Part shown: one piece after another, positions 40,031 through 52,010 of the stretch
How positions within the stretch are numbered: position 1 is the stretch's first letter
Layout of the letters: the number at the start of each line of letters is the position of its first letter
Origin: Phoronis australis
Lineage: Eukaryota; Animalia; Phoronida
Assembly: GCA_002633005.1 (NCBI GenBank)
Contig: NMRA01000001.1
Span: forward strand, 4,628,694-4,692,693
Direction of reading: 5' to 3'
Length of the DNA stretch: 64,000 nt
Position numbers and translations under genes: made by a program
The notes under the pieces: model-generated
Databases searched by the model: none
What the model saw: only the letters and a program-made list of their open reading frames with translations
Told to the model about the DNA's origin: nothing

Positions 40031-40463
40031 TGACAGGTGGCATGAAATAGTCCCAAAGTAGGGACTCAACTAAGTTCCCTAAATTTTTTTCCTATTTGTG
40101 TCTTTCTATACTCACAGATGTAATATTTTCTATAATTTTATCTTTATTATGAGCTCCTTCTTGACTAATGACATTTTCTAATAACATAAATAAAAACTGA
40201 GCCCTGAATTCAATGAAAATAAATAGGGACTTAGTCCTTAAGTTAGGGGCGTTGCATGAAAAGATCCCTATTTATTTTCGATAATATTAAGAATTCAGCA
40301 TCAAGTTCATTCTCCATTTGTATCAAAACGGAAAATTGGCTTAGTAATGAGACTAAAACAGCACAAGAAAAGACAATCGGTGTTTTTACAAGTCCACAAA
40401 TACGCAGTAGATTTAGGGAACTTAGTGGAGTCCCTATTTGGGTCTGTTTTATGCAACCGGGCA
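40031..40463. mobile_element. MITE with about 50-bp TIRs (Harbinger-like); truncated inverted copy at 51675-52010
   Basis: ggtggcatgaaatagtcccaaagtagggactcaactaagttccctaaat versus atttagggaacttagtggagtccctatttgggtctgttttatgcaacc. Confidence 0.8.
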
Positions 40464-41280
40464 TAGAAGTCGTCACGTCATGAGTAGTCCCAGTAGTGAG
40501 TCGATGCCACGTGAGTTGTCTCAACAGGCATTCAGCCCAGTCTACAAACGCCGACCTTCGGATTTTTCGCATACTACCTTGGTATACCGGCCCTACCCCT
40601 GTATACAAACTCCGATTGCTGTCTAAGACTTGGTATACAAGTTTTTAACTAGAAAAAATGTGTCAGAAAATTTGTCTACACTCTCCGATTTGTCGTATAT
40701 GAAAGTTATATACGAAGAATGTGCTGAATCGAACCTGCAATTACCTCCACAGTAGCAGTCTAAAGTTCAGTCTGCTGGCGGACCTTACTCTCATTCGATG
40801 AATGGCAGAGCATTTGTCACCGGCCTTGAGTTCAGCAAATCTCAGATAGACAACGAACATTGGTGATCTTTAATAAAAACATTTGAACACAACGGATTTT
40901 TATTGTTTTATAGCTAATAACATCAAAATGTATATCCCGGCAGCAATTAACCCCAAAACACGTTTTTGTGCCATAAATCCAATAATGTCTTTAAAAACAA
41001 TATTTTTTTCGAAAGATGTCTACTACACTATCACAAAGATCCAATTATGCCATTGCCAATTGGCAAGCACTCCTTTTTCCTTCTGAAAACTACATACGCT
41101 TAATTTTGGAGTGCATTTAACTAAAATGCGGGTATATACACACATCTTCCATCACAAAAACAACTTTTCATTCATTCAGACCACTCACTGTTATCAAATT
41201 GGTCTAAAATCTTTCCAAAGCCGAATCAAGTGTGATTTCCGGCATCGACAGAAATGAGAGTTCGTTATTGCTTGAGACCA

Positions 41281-41670
41281 GGGCCGGGATCTCATCTTTT
41301 TACTCGAAATGGAACTCAAAATGGTATTTTTACTCTACTTTTGTGTGAACTCATGATTAGCGTCCATTATTCTATGCTCGAGTACATAATGACTTACGTA
41401 GATAATTTTTTAGTACGTCTTGTTTGCAGTCGATAAACCTAATACTAAGGCTAAAAGTTCGAGATTGGACTAGAAATTTCGAGTTAGTATCACGAATGTA
41501 TGGGCCATAAAGTGCAAACTTGGACTAGACACTCGTATGCGTAAACTATAATGTATTCGAGCACAGTCTAATAACCACTTATCTTGAGTTCGCACAAAAG
41601 TAGCAGAGAAATTGTCAAAAATAATTCCGAGTTCGTTTCGAGTACAAAGAAATTAGATTAGATTCCCAAC
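41281..41670. mobile_element. MITE with long imperfect TIRs; relative at about 24682-25050
   Basis: atctttttactcgaaatggaactc...ctacttttgtgtgaactcatgat versus atcttgagttcgcacaaaagtag...gagttcgtttcgagtacaaaga. Confidence 0.7.
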
Positions 41671-42928
41671 ATTGACTCGGCCGGAAAGATGACTTGTCAC
41701 GGTGTGTTTAGTTATGCGTCAAGTATGGTCTCATGCAAGAACGAGCTGGGGGAATCCCATCTCACCTGAGTAAGGTACAAGTTGAGACAAATATACCTAT
41801 AGCGGTAAGTGGTCTAAATCAAAAGTTCGTCTCTTAAATTGAACGCGGGTTTATAGACGCGTTAAGAATGCCGGTAACGTCACAAACACCCGGTAATTTG
41901 AAAGGATCAGCAACATTTTTACGAAGTCCACCCCAGAGTCAGTGTTCAAACCTTAGCTCAAATAAAAGGGTTTTTACATGCTGCAGTTAAAGCCAATTAA
42001 CATGTCAATATCGCCGATCACCGACATCCACCCAGATCTTTTGCAATTTTAGGTTGTTTGAGGCCTTCCTGAAATCGCAGCACATTTCTCAGTCGCTACG
42101 CGCAGCAATACAATGAATGTTATAGGGGCTGGCCATTTTGAAGAAATGTATATCTCATGCAGTACATCCAAATTAGTGGACTTTTCTCATCCCCAACATG
42201 TTTGTAAATATATGAATAAAGTCATATTTACCGAATCTTCTTATAATGCCCACTTAATAACTGTTGACTAACCTGGCCTATCCAGTATATTGAATTTCTA
42301 GGCAATGCAAAGTGCCCGTGGCTACAATTTAACTGTACAGTGCCACCTAATGCCAGTGTACTTTTTACCATACAAAGTTACGATTTGATTTATATGCATA
42401 TTTCAAATTTCATAATAATGATGTGTTATTTCTCTCTTTTTCTGCAAATTTTCTGAGATTGTTGCTCAATGATTCCAATTGCCAATGCACGCTGTTACTT
42501 TTTCTATAAATGACATAACAGTATTGAAATAAAGTGTTCTACCAGAGTAACCTTATGCCTCCTGGTGATCCCAACTCAGGTTTGCTATCTGGGTTACGAC
42601 TCAAGCTAAGGTTGGGTTGCAAAGGCGTGCTTTTTGTGTTTATCTGGTTTTAATTCATCCACCCATCGTTGACCAATGGAGAACCGTGTGTCAGGTATGT
42701 TCACCAGACTCAGTTGTACGCTAACTAGAGGCTGGATGTGAGACAATTCGTGTATTTGGCTGATTATGAATATTTCAGCCGGACGTACCTTACGTTGTGG
42801 GAATTACAACTGTCCCCTTTTACACAAGATGTTCGACTGGCGGCCTCAGATCTTCCCGCCTTTCTTGTGAAACTGTACAAGCGCGACTTCTGTTGGGTGG
42901 TACTTGAAATTTCCTCTACCAGATTTTA

Positions 42929-43236
42929 TAGGTTGAATGTCGCTCCACCACACTGATTCAGGGAGGGATTTTCAGCTGAGATCTAAAAAGCCTCGTTTAC
43001 ACCGCGCTCAAACCAGTTGTTCTCTGGCTGTTGATAAAGTTAACATTTTCAGTCTCCTATTTGTGTCATAACCGCTGACTGCATGTTGACTCAACTACCG
43101 TTCTCCGGTGTTGAGACGTTTATGAACCGACTGTTCAGTCTCGTCAATATACGTTTCTGAACTCTGGTCGTCCTCGCACTCGATTTGGTTGGCTACCCCA
43201 CTGAATCACGAGTGTGGTGGAGCCAGATTCAAACTA
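42929..43236. mobile_element. MITE with TAG...CTA termini
   Basis: TAGGTTGAATGTCGCTCCACCACAC-TGATTCAG versus CTGAATCACGAGTGTGGTGGAGCCAGATTCAAACTA, flanked by TTTTA on both sides. Confidence 0.75.
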
Positions 43237-43943
43237 TTTTAAAGCCGGCACTGAGGGCATTTCACTCACTACCCAACAGCTCCACATGAGGAAAGGCGCC
43301 GAGAAGGCTGCGGAGACCGCCACTGGCGACCATCTTCTGTAGAAGACAGTTGTGACTGAAATACGTGGACCTGGATGTATCATAAGCTTCACCAGATAAC
43401 TCGTGTATTTGCTAGAGCACACTAGCACGGTGCTGTGTTTCAACATTTATCGTCGCACTCCACACATATTGTCGCACGGGCGACAACAGGTACTGAATGT
43501 CACACTATATGCCCTCAAAATATTGCCCCTGATGGGCGACATTATGTTCCGGGTACGACAATCTATAATGTGAACGCCGTTACATATGCTCCATTTTTAT
43601 TAGAGGTTATAATATCTTCTAGAGTTTTTATGATTTTTATGAAAAACTCAAACGTCATAATTTGGAAAACTGTAACAGTGTGTCCGAGATCTTATCTTGA
43701 ACATTTTTATAAAGTGAAATTTGGTCATATTATTTATACAGTTGTTTTGCTATCACTTTACCTTTACGTTTTGCTAAATTTTACCAAAAACATGATCATG
43801 TGACCCATGGCAGCTAGATTGTTAAAAAGCCAACAATGAAATTCTACAAGTTTTCCAATCTCGAAAATCGCATAATTTTACTGAGTTAAAATGTAGCCTA
43901 CAGTTTTGGAAATATTTGGCTACATACGCAGAGTGTAGGTGTT

Positions 43944-43998
43944 ATCGTCATCATGATCATCATCATCGTCATCATCATCGTCCTCATCATCATCATCG

Positions 43999-44030
<32 letters not shown>

Positions 44031-44062
44031 GTCATCAACATCATCATCATCAGCAACAGCAA
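43944..44062. repeat. (CAT)n microsatellite
   Basis: Directly visible; source of the poly-His and poly-Ile pseudo-ORFs. Confidence 0.95.
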
Positions 44063-44678
44063 TCTCCAGAATCGTTTCCACGTTGGCTTGATACAATGTC
44101 GCTTTCGTCTTTCTTATAACTTCATGGGCCTCCCTCTGACTCTAGACCCGCCAATTTGTCAGAAACCCCTATAAGCAAACTATCTTTCAACACAGGTAGA
44201 TGGCGGCAATGGTATCCGGTGTTCACTGCTTACTTTCAGGGCCTCACCTGCCAGTTTGACAATATGCGTCGATATTGACCACCTATATTGTCACACTCGG
44301 TATGTATTGTCACCCGGGCGCCAATATGTGTCGAGTGTGGGAATGATATGCCAAAACATACCGACTACACTCGCGGAGCACTCAGTCCAACTTACGCTCG
44401 CGCCATTGAGCGTGGCCTTTCATGATCTTGCTTTTTTCTCGAGTTATTTGCGTCTACGGAACGCCTTCCTGCTTCAAGCGAATGTCACGATCAAGCAGTA
44501 GAACACCTGTTGCAGACTAAGCGATATCGATTAATACAGAGTAAAACGCATTTTTACATTACAGAGTGGATAATTAAAGGAGTGCGCACTGTGTCATGGC
44601 AGATAACTATTTTCATTGACGGGCTGTGATCAGATATCTTCTTTAGAAGAACTCACTTCTGGGCAACGGGAGCATTAA

Positions 44679-45010
44679 AGGCGAAGGCAACCTTTTTCCA
44701 TGTCATTTTGAGCTAAAATAAGGTTGGTTGGTTATCCTAGACATATTTTTCACTTAATTACAGCTTTTCGTAATTTTATTAATTATTCGTCCGCTTTTCC
44801 GGAAGTGACGTTTTAGGAGGCAAGCGCTTCCCGCCAATTTCTTTTCACATAGTCTGACTGTGAGAGCTGCCGAGTCAGTCATTGTTCTACCTCGGTTGTG
44901 TTAAGTTCCGTCGTCGTTCGCTTTCATTTACTAGTCAGTCAACATGCCACACTGTTGCTGCGTACCGGGATGTAGTAATTATCGGCTCACGCGCGCTTTG
45001 GGAGTGCCTT
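44679..45010 (+). mobile_element. Kolobok-like insertion carrying the start of a THAP zinc-finger ORF
   Basis: Starts TTAA|AGGCGAAGGCAACC. ATG at 44944 reads MPHCCCVPGCSNY (THAP N-terminal CxVPGCxN pattern). The empty TTAA site is seen in the duplicate at 45241-45244. Confidence 0.75.
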
Positions 45011-45011
45011 N

Positions 45012-45244
45012 ATTTGCGTCTACGGATCGCCTTCCTGCTTCAAGCGAATGTCACGATCAAGCAGTAGAACACCTGTTGCAGACTAAGCGATATCGATTAA
45101 TGCAGAATAAAACGCATTTTTACATTACAGAGTGGATAATCAAAGGAGTGCACACTGCTTCATGGCAGATAACTATTTTCATTGACGGGCTGTGATCAGA
45201 TATCTTCTTTAGAAGAACTCACTTCTGGGCAACGGGAGCATTAA
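45012..45244 (+). repeat. 233-bp near-identical duplicate of 44446-44678 after a single-N join (probable allelic overlap)
   Basis: Same length, a few substitutions, begins immediately after the N at 45011. Confidence 0.9.
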
Positions 45245-45744
45245 GTCATGTATCGCAGTCACGCCTTGTCTTGCCTTGAATGGTACCCGTAATAGCTTCT
45301 AACCAAAACTTCAGTGTTAGCGATATGGCTCCGTGAAAATACCAATCCAAACGTGTTAAGCGAATTTTTCAGACCAATCTCTAATTTCCGCGTAACGTAC
45401 GAGGTAGCAAATGAACTCACTCACGTTAAAATGCCGCCCCCTAAAAAGGTGTAAAAAATACTAACATGTTCCATAATTCCTCTATAGACTTAAGGCCGTG
45501 TGTACCTGACCTATGTTACTCTTTGTTCAAGAACGAATCATATATTTAGCTTGTTACTATAATTAGTTGTTATGATAATTAGCGGTAGAGCGTAGTCACG
45601 TGAAAAACCGCGAAACAGTTTCATTCGTAATGGTTCAAGTGTAGACACTATTTTTGTCCAAACGACTGCTCAAGGTTGCCTTCATTTTCTGTGTTGACTT
45701 TGTACTTACACACGATGTCTTCGTTATTATTTTTGACTACTGAT

Positions 45745-45890
45745 CGTGGGCGGCGCAGCACTGAAAAAAGTGGGTGGATATAGCTCTCCAGCCCACCCCA
45801 GAAGCGCACCGCCCTTTGACCGTGGGCGGCTCACCACTGAAAGGAGTGAGGGGGCTATAGCCCCAGTTCCCCTATGGTTTGCCGCCCATG
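45745..45890. mobile_element. Small MITE with 5-bp TSD (hAT5-like)
   Basis: CTGAT|CGTGGGCGGC ... GCCGCCCATG|CTGAT. Confidence 0.85.
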
Positions 45891-47929
45891 CTGATTACAG
45901 AGCTACTGTTAAAGTTTTAACCAAGTGTTAGTGCCTTTTTAATCAAATTTTCATCAACAAAATTTTTTTAAAAGCGTTCCTGGCGCTCGCAGTGTAAAAA
46001 TGGTCAGTTGCCGATTTGGTGAACTGAGCGAAAAATTGCTCGAAAAAAAAGGTTGATTACAGGAGTATTCGTTCGAGTTTTTGTTTGCTTATCAGTACGG
46101 AGCAAAAACGTCCCCAAGCAAAAGCCTTTACTTATCAACCCTTTCAGAGCGTAACTGCGCACAATTGTGTTTTGATTATTTTGATAAAGTGAACCTTTTC
46201 CATTGTGAACGCTGTGGTTCTCATAGTTGGGTAGAGATGACTTAGGGTAGGCTGTGAGTTGTTACAGATGTTGAATGTTAAACTGATAACAGGCTTATAT
46301 CATATTGCTGCATCGGCGGGTCAAAAATAGCCAACATGGAAACAGTTATAACGAGGCCGATTATTCAATCAAAAATGACACTCATGAGCTCCATTCTGGC
46401 CCCGTCATGGAGAGAAAGAAACGTGAAATTATTGGCGACAATGTTGTATGTTTAAGATCAGCCTTAAACTCCTGACCTCAAGAAGCGGTCGGCATTTATC
46501 TGATAAGGTAACCGACTTCGATTTCAACTAATTCTACCGAAGAGCTGGAAGCCAACGTCGGAAATCGATAGGTATGAAAATCGGGTTACTCGGCCTGAAA
46601 CCGTATCCCAATAATTTACCATCGTAGCACGACTCAATTTTTATGAGGATAGCAAACATAAATAAAAACATTCGACAGTCACCCTTGTGTGAAACGGTAT
46701 ATCTCAAGGTAATAGCACTTGTCTATTATCCAAACAGCAACCAATCCTAACTTTAAGTGAATACTCAAGGAATAAAAAAATTGAGAAAAACACCTCCACA
46801 CGTACGTCTTGTAGCGTCCTGGCTGCGTTCTCTAGACCCAAGACACTAACACAGTACTTGCGGCCACAAATCTTCGCTTAGCCACAGTGAATTCTATCCC
46901 ACAATTCCACATTCCAACCTCACAGACTAATCACTCCAGTGTCCTTTTTTCCAAGGCTAGGCAAAACACTCGCCTTTCGCTCGCGTGGTTTTGAGAGATC
47001 TAGCTTTTCGCGAGATTCGTGCATCTGTGGAACTCACTCCTGAGGTTTAAAAGACAGGCTAATGTACACTTGTTGGTATTGAAATTATAGTTTACTTGAT
47101 GCGGTACCGAATTATTCCATAAACAGAGTTATTAGGCTGTCATGAAAAGACAACAACTGATATTTGTCCTAAAAATCAATTTTAACTGTTGCGCAAATAT
47201 TAATCTAAGGACTGTGATTGAGGTGGGAGATCGAAGAGATATTTTCATTGATTAGCTCGACACGTTGTGGTGACATATGGTAACAAGTTCCTCAGAACCT
47301 GTTGCGCTTTTTTATGTTCAAAAGGCGCATTTGATACTGGTATTGTGCCTAGTTGTCACGCTTTATTAGGTGCGGGTTTGTTAGCCACGACCTACTACCG
47401 TGACAGTTTGTCGTCTATACCTCGAACTACTCTAACGGTGGCCAGAAGGGTCGCTAGCCAGGTCTAGAATGGAAAGGTTGTCCAATACCTCCAAGGATAT
47501 GGGCTATATGACCATGGATGATCCACTAGCTTCAGGTATTAACTTTTGGTTTCATCTAGCTCCTTGGAGGCAGGTATGAGGTATCCACAGGTAGGCCTAA
47601 TTCAGGTGAAGCTTCGTACATACCTTGCGGAGTTTTACCGTGTATGACAGCAATTCATGACCGTGAATTGTGTCACGCTTCATAGAACATTTTATTTATG
47701 AATAAAACGTTCTATGGTACGTACATAGTTATAAGATTGATGTTAACTCAAATGTGTTACATGTATAAATCGAGCCTTCAGCCAAGGGGCACACTTCACT
47801 TTCAGTCGTTTTGTAATCCACCACAGACGGTGTTGCAGTGCTTGTGGCGGCAGAAAGACGAGAACTAAGAAAATATGTTTAATATGTGACAAATGGAAAA
47901 ATGTTTTTATTATTTGTTAGGCATCCGAA

Positions 47930-47975
47930 TGTGTATGTATACGTGTGTGTGTGTGTGTGTGTGTGTATTTGTGAG

Positions 47976-48026
<51 letters not shown>
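47930..48026. repeat. (GT)n(GCGT)n compound microsatellite
   Basis: Directly visible; a shorter one lies at about 28665-28698. Confidence 0.95.
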
Positions 48027-48027
<1 letters not shown>

Positions 48028-49754
48028 GGTTTTGGTCACACTACTCCCTTTCGGCCTGTCAGTCTTAGATAAGCGTAGGCCTGCTGATGAAATTTGTCTC
48101 AGTACACCATGCAATCCGATCGGCGACTCATGTGCGATAATATCAGTCAAGGCAGTTTGTGGATGCAGCAAATGTAACGAATCAGAACCTTTCCAGTGAA
48201 TATGTGAATAGGTATTTTACTTTGTAACACAGTGACGATAAGGCCAAACAAGCATAGTAGGTTCTGGTGTTTTTTCTCAAAAATGAAATCGGTGGGGCGT
48301 GTAATTTTGTTATTTTTTGAAAAACAAAAGAAAACTCTGGAGAGACCAAAACTGATGAGGGATTTGTTGTCTTTTTCTCAACTCTAAACTGTTTCGGGTA
48401 TGGGGGGTAGGGGGGGTGCCAGTGCTGTAAAGTTTTCTTAGTTCTATACCCTTGGCAAATGTAAACATGGAAATGGCGTCACTATCCAGCTTGTTGTCAA
48501 CTGGAAATAGAAATTTTAAAAAAATTACGTTAGAAAAGCGGACTTCGAAAACAAAATGATTCTGTTACCCTCACAATAATGTAGTGACGAATAGAGTTTC
48601 GGAGTCAACACCTCGTCGTCCAGTAGACTTGACTGCAACGCACACGATCTATGACCATGCAACACATTACTCGAAAGATAGCTTATTAACTACTTAGCAG
48701 CATAAGGCAAGTTTGAAACTGCGAGCGCTTGCAAGCGCGCCCCTGTACCCATGTGCACAGTATATTTAAATTGCCACTGTCGATGATTTATGAACTTTGC
48801 GTTTATGCCTGCAAGTACCCACAGCCCGTATTTGTTACGAATTATCATACAAAATGCTCCTTGTATGGAAAACACAAATTGGTCAGCCTAAGTTGAATCT
48901 TGCAATTCGTTCTTTCGCGAGTCAATCTACATAATACCCCATTAGCACCTCAGACCCCGACATGCTGGTCTGCAACAATAAGAGTAGTAGTCGTTATAAT
49001 AAAGTTTATCCGAAGCAGTTTTTTTCTAACAATACATAACTAGCACAAACGTATTTTTTGACAATTTACTTAGAAAATAACAATAACTTATTTCAAAGGA
49101 CGGATTCTTTTTATTATAAACTTGAGGCACAGAATGAAAGTCCGTAATTGAATAACGTCTTCATAATAAAATGCGATATTTCCACTGAACAAAGAAACAC
49201 TGCCACACTTTCGTAGCAGTGATCTAACCCTTGTGCAGGTATTCTTTGACAGTACAAGTGGTTATACCATGTTTAAAAATGAGTACAACTTTTGCAGACA
49301 AAGTTTTAAAAATAGAAATCATTAAAATCTCTCCTCAATGTAGAGTTGTGTCACTAGAAGACTCGAGGAGCCTTTTGCTGAGTTTCGAACTTCCAAAATG
49401 AAGATTATTTAGCGAATTGTGTCTGATAAGGCATCTTTTCTTGGGGAAACTTGACGTGAAAATGTCCAACGAGGCAGGCCACATACCTCCTCTATGGCAG
49501 TGTCCCTGGTGTTAAGACAGACAGTTCCAATTTATTATCGAGACCGTTATGTTATAAATATGAGATTATAGAACTCAGGTAACATCCGAATGGCTTGAGT
49601 TCAGTTGTCACTATGTTGGACCATGTTTTGTGATAAATCGCCTTTTTGATGGTACTTGCAATAATGATGAGTAGAATTTGTAGTTCGGTAAACTGTGGGC
49701 ATGCGCTTTATATGAGCCCAGTATGTACACATTGATCCGATACACAGCAATCAG

Positions 49755-50075
49755 ATGTTTCGCCCTGAAATCCCCAAAAGTGCAAATTTGCTTTCAACAA
49801 TTGTGAATCAGTCCAACGCCTCCGACGGCAACAAGAAGCCATTAATAGACTCTTGTAAAACAAGATGGGCAGCGCGATACAGTGCCTTTTGCCAGGTGTA
49901 TGTTTACATTGAGAAAGCCTTTGAACTGATTGCCAACAAACAGCACTATGAGTAGTACGCAGAATTCTCGGACAGAAGGAGTACTAGTTGCAGGCAGTCA
50001 ATTCAGCTGTTATCGGCAATCACCAGGTTTGCATTTATTGTCACATTTCTGGAAGTCTATCAGTACCTTTCATAG
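49755..50075 (+). pseudogene. Degenerate hAT transposase fragment (THAP12/P52rIPK-like clade)
   Basis: SPK.ANLL...KKPLIDSCKTRWAARYSAF...IEKAFELI, then after an in-frame TAG the same frame gives QLLSAITRFAFIVTFLEVYQYLS. The CxTRW motif and this hydrophobic block are typical of hAT transposases. Confidence 0.75.
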
Positions 50076-51674
50076 CTAAACAACGGTTTCAATACAATTA
50101 GGACATTTTTTTATTTAATTGTTCACTATAAAATCTCAAAACTCTGATACATTTTTTTGAATTATCGCCGCTTCGTTTTTGTTTTGTCCAACTTTTAATA
50201 TTTTCATAGAAACACAAAAGTTCTAATTTTTGATAGCTTCTTACACAAAATGGAGCATTATAAAAACAATGTCTAACCGAGTTTTGGAGAACAGTGCAAA
50301 AACGCAATATTTGAAAGCCCATCAGCCAATTCTGAGACACGATGTTCCGAAGTTACCCAAATTAGGCAGTTTTTCTAGAGTTTGGCGTAATCTTAAAGAA
50401 CTTAGTGTGCATGTTTTTTCAGAAAAGTAATATTTTGTAGCTAGTGGGCTATGCAGTTACCTAATGCTGCTTGCCAATTCATACATTTATTCAAAACAAT
50501 TTGTTGTACAACTTTGAAGACAATTAGCTAGCTGCTTTATTCTAGACAGATAGTTTCACGTCATTTCATTTGCTTTTGTTACTGTATCCTCAGGCCCGGA
50601 AGAAGGAAAAAATNACATTTTTTGGTTGTTTGGGTCAAATGTTTCGATATTGCTGTGCTATGCACCAATGTTTTGTGTTTTTGTTGATGAATTTGGAATG
50701 ACAACTTCCTTCGTGAATACTTGTCAGTGTCGGATTTACATGTATAGCGGGACAAAGGGACATTTCCCCGAACTGTTCCTCCGAGAGAGGGTCCCGTCTG
50801 AAGTGGGGCGCTTTAATTATGGAAGGCTAAACATCTTTAAGCTTGGAAAAGAGTGACAGTTCTTTCCACCGTCGTGTGGTCACAAGACGGTGCAGAAAGT
50901 GACCTTCTTAAACATGAAAGTCGGTTGCACGATTTCACAAAAAAATAGAGAAAAGACATAATCGAGTCCAACATTGGACCCTCTCTCCGTGAGCGGACCC
51001 TTAAGAATTTGTCAATAAAAACATAAAAAATTGTGGGCACTTGAATCTCATCAATGGCCTCCTTCAAGGATGGGGCCCGTCAATGTGAAAATATCTATAT
51101 TTTCAAAAATCGAGAAATGTGTAGCAATTCATGATATCTGTCAGGTCATCAATTTTTCTCAAGTGATATACAATTCGAGAAAAAGGCGACAGTTGCCGGT
51201 CTCCGTTATCCCTTGCCAGAGAGTGGCCCTGGAAAAATATGTTTTTTCAGTCGCAAAATTGACTTACTGAATTTAAAAATCCAGTAAATTAATACGCTCC
51301 GCAAAAGCTTCCCTGTACAAATTTTCTCGATTTTTCGATTTTCCAAGTGCGTTTAGACGATCTGTGCTGCGAAAGCGAAGACCTCAACTTCAATGTCCTG
51401 GACAGCCTTTTCTCTTGAATTTTCTCTCTTATACGCATTTAGCAGTCTTTTTTTCTCGACTGACCCCGCCCCACGCGTATGTCGGTTGCCATGGTTTAAC
51501 CCTGACGCCTGGGGAGGGGGTCCTGTGCCCCCCGCTTCCTACGGCCCTGATCCTGTATTTTAACAGAAATGTTGATTTCAGTGAACTAAGTTTTCGATCT
51601 TGTGCTACCCGAGAGTAAATTTCGTCAACACATATTCCACGTATAAGGAGTTTTCCAGTTAAAATGAGAGCCAG

Positions 51675-52010
51675 TGCGCGGTTGCATGAAACAGTCCCAA
51701 TAGGGACTCAACTAAGGTTCCTAAATCTACTGCGTATTAGCGGGCTTGTGAAAACACTGATTGTCCTATCTTATGCTGTTTGAGAATCTTACTATGCCAA
51801 TTTTTGGCTTTGATACAAATCGAGAGTGAAATCTAGATTGAATTCTCAATGTTATTGAAAATAAGTAGGGATCTTTTCATGCAACGCCCCCAATTTAAGG
51901 ACTAAGTCCCCAACTGTTTTGATTGAATTAAGGGCTCAGTTTTTAGTTATATTATTAGAGAATTTCATTAGTCAAAGAAAAGCTCACAATAAAGATAAAA
52001 TTATATAAAA
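51675..52010 (-). mobile_element. Truncated inverted copy of the 40031-40463 MITE
   Basis: Reverse complement aligns by eye with about 40125-40463 (gggatcttttcatgcaacgcccc, agggctcagttttt, cattagtcaa). Confidence 0.85.

Noticed and set aside
43916-44174. Poly-His and poly-Ile ORFs
   Set aside because: Translations of a (CAT)n microsatellite with no supporting splice structure or domain.
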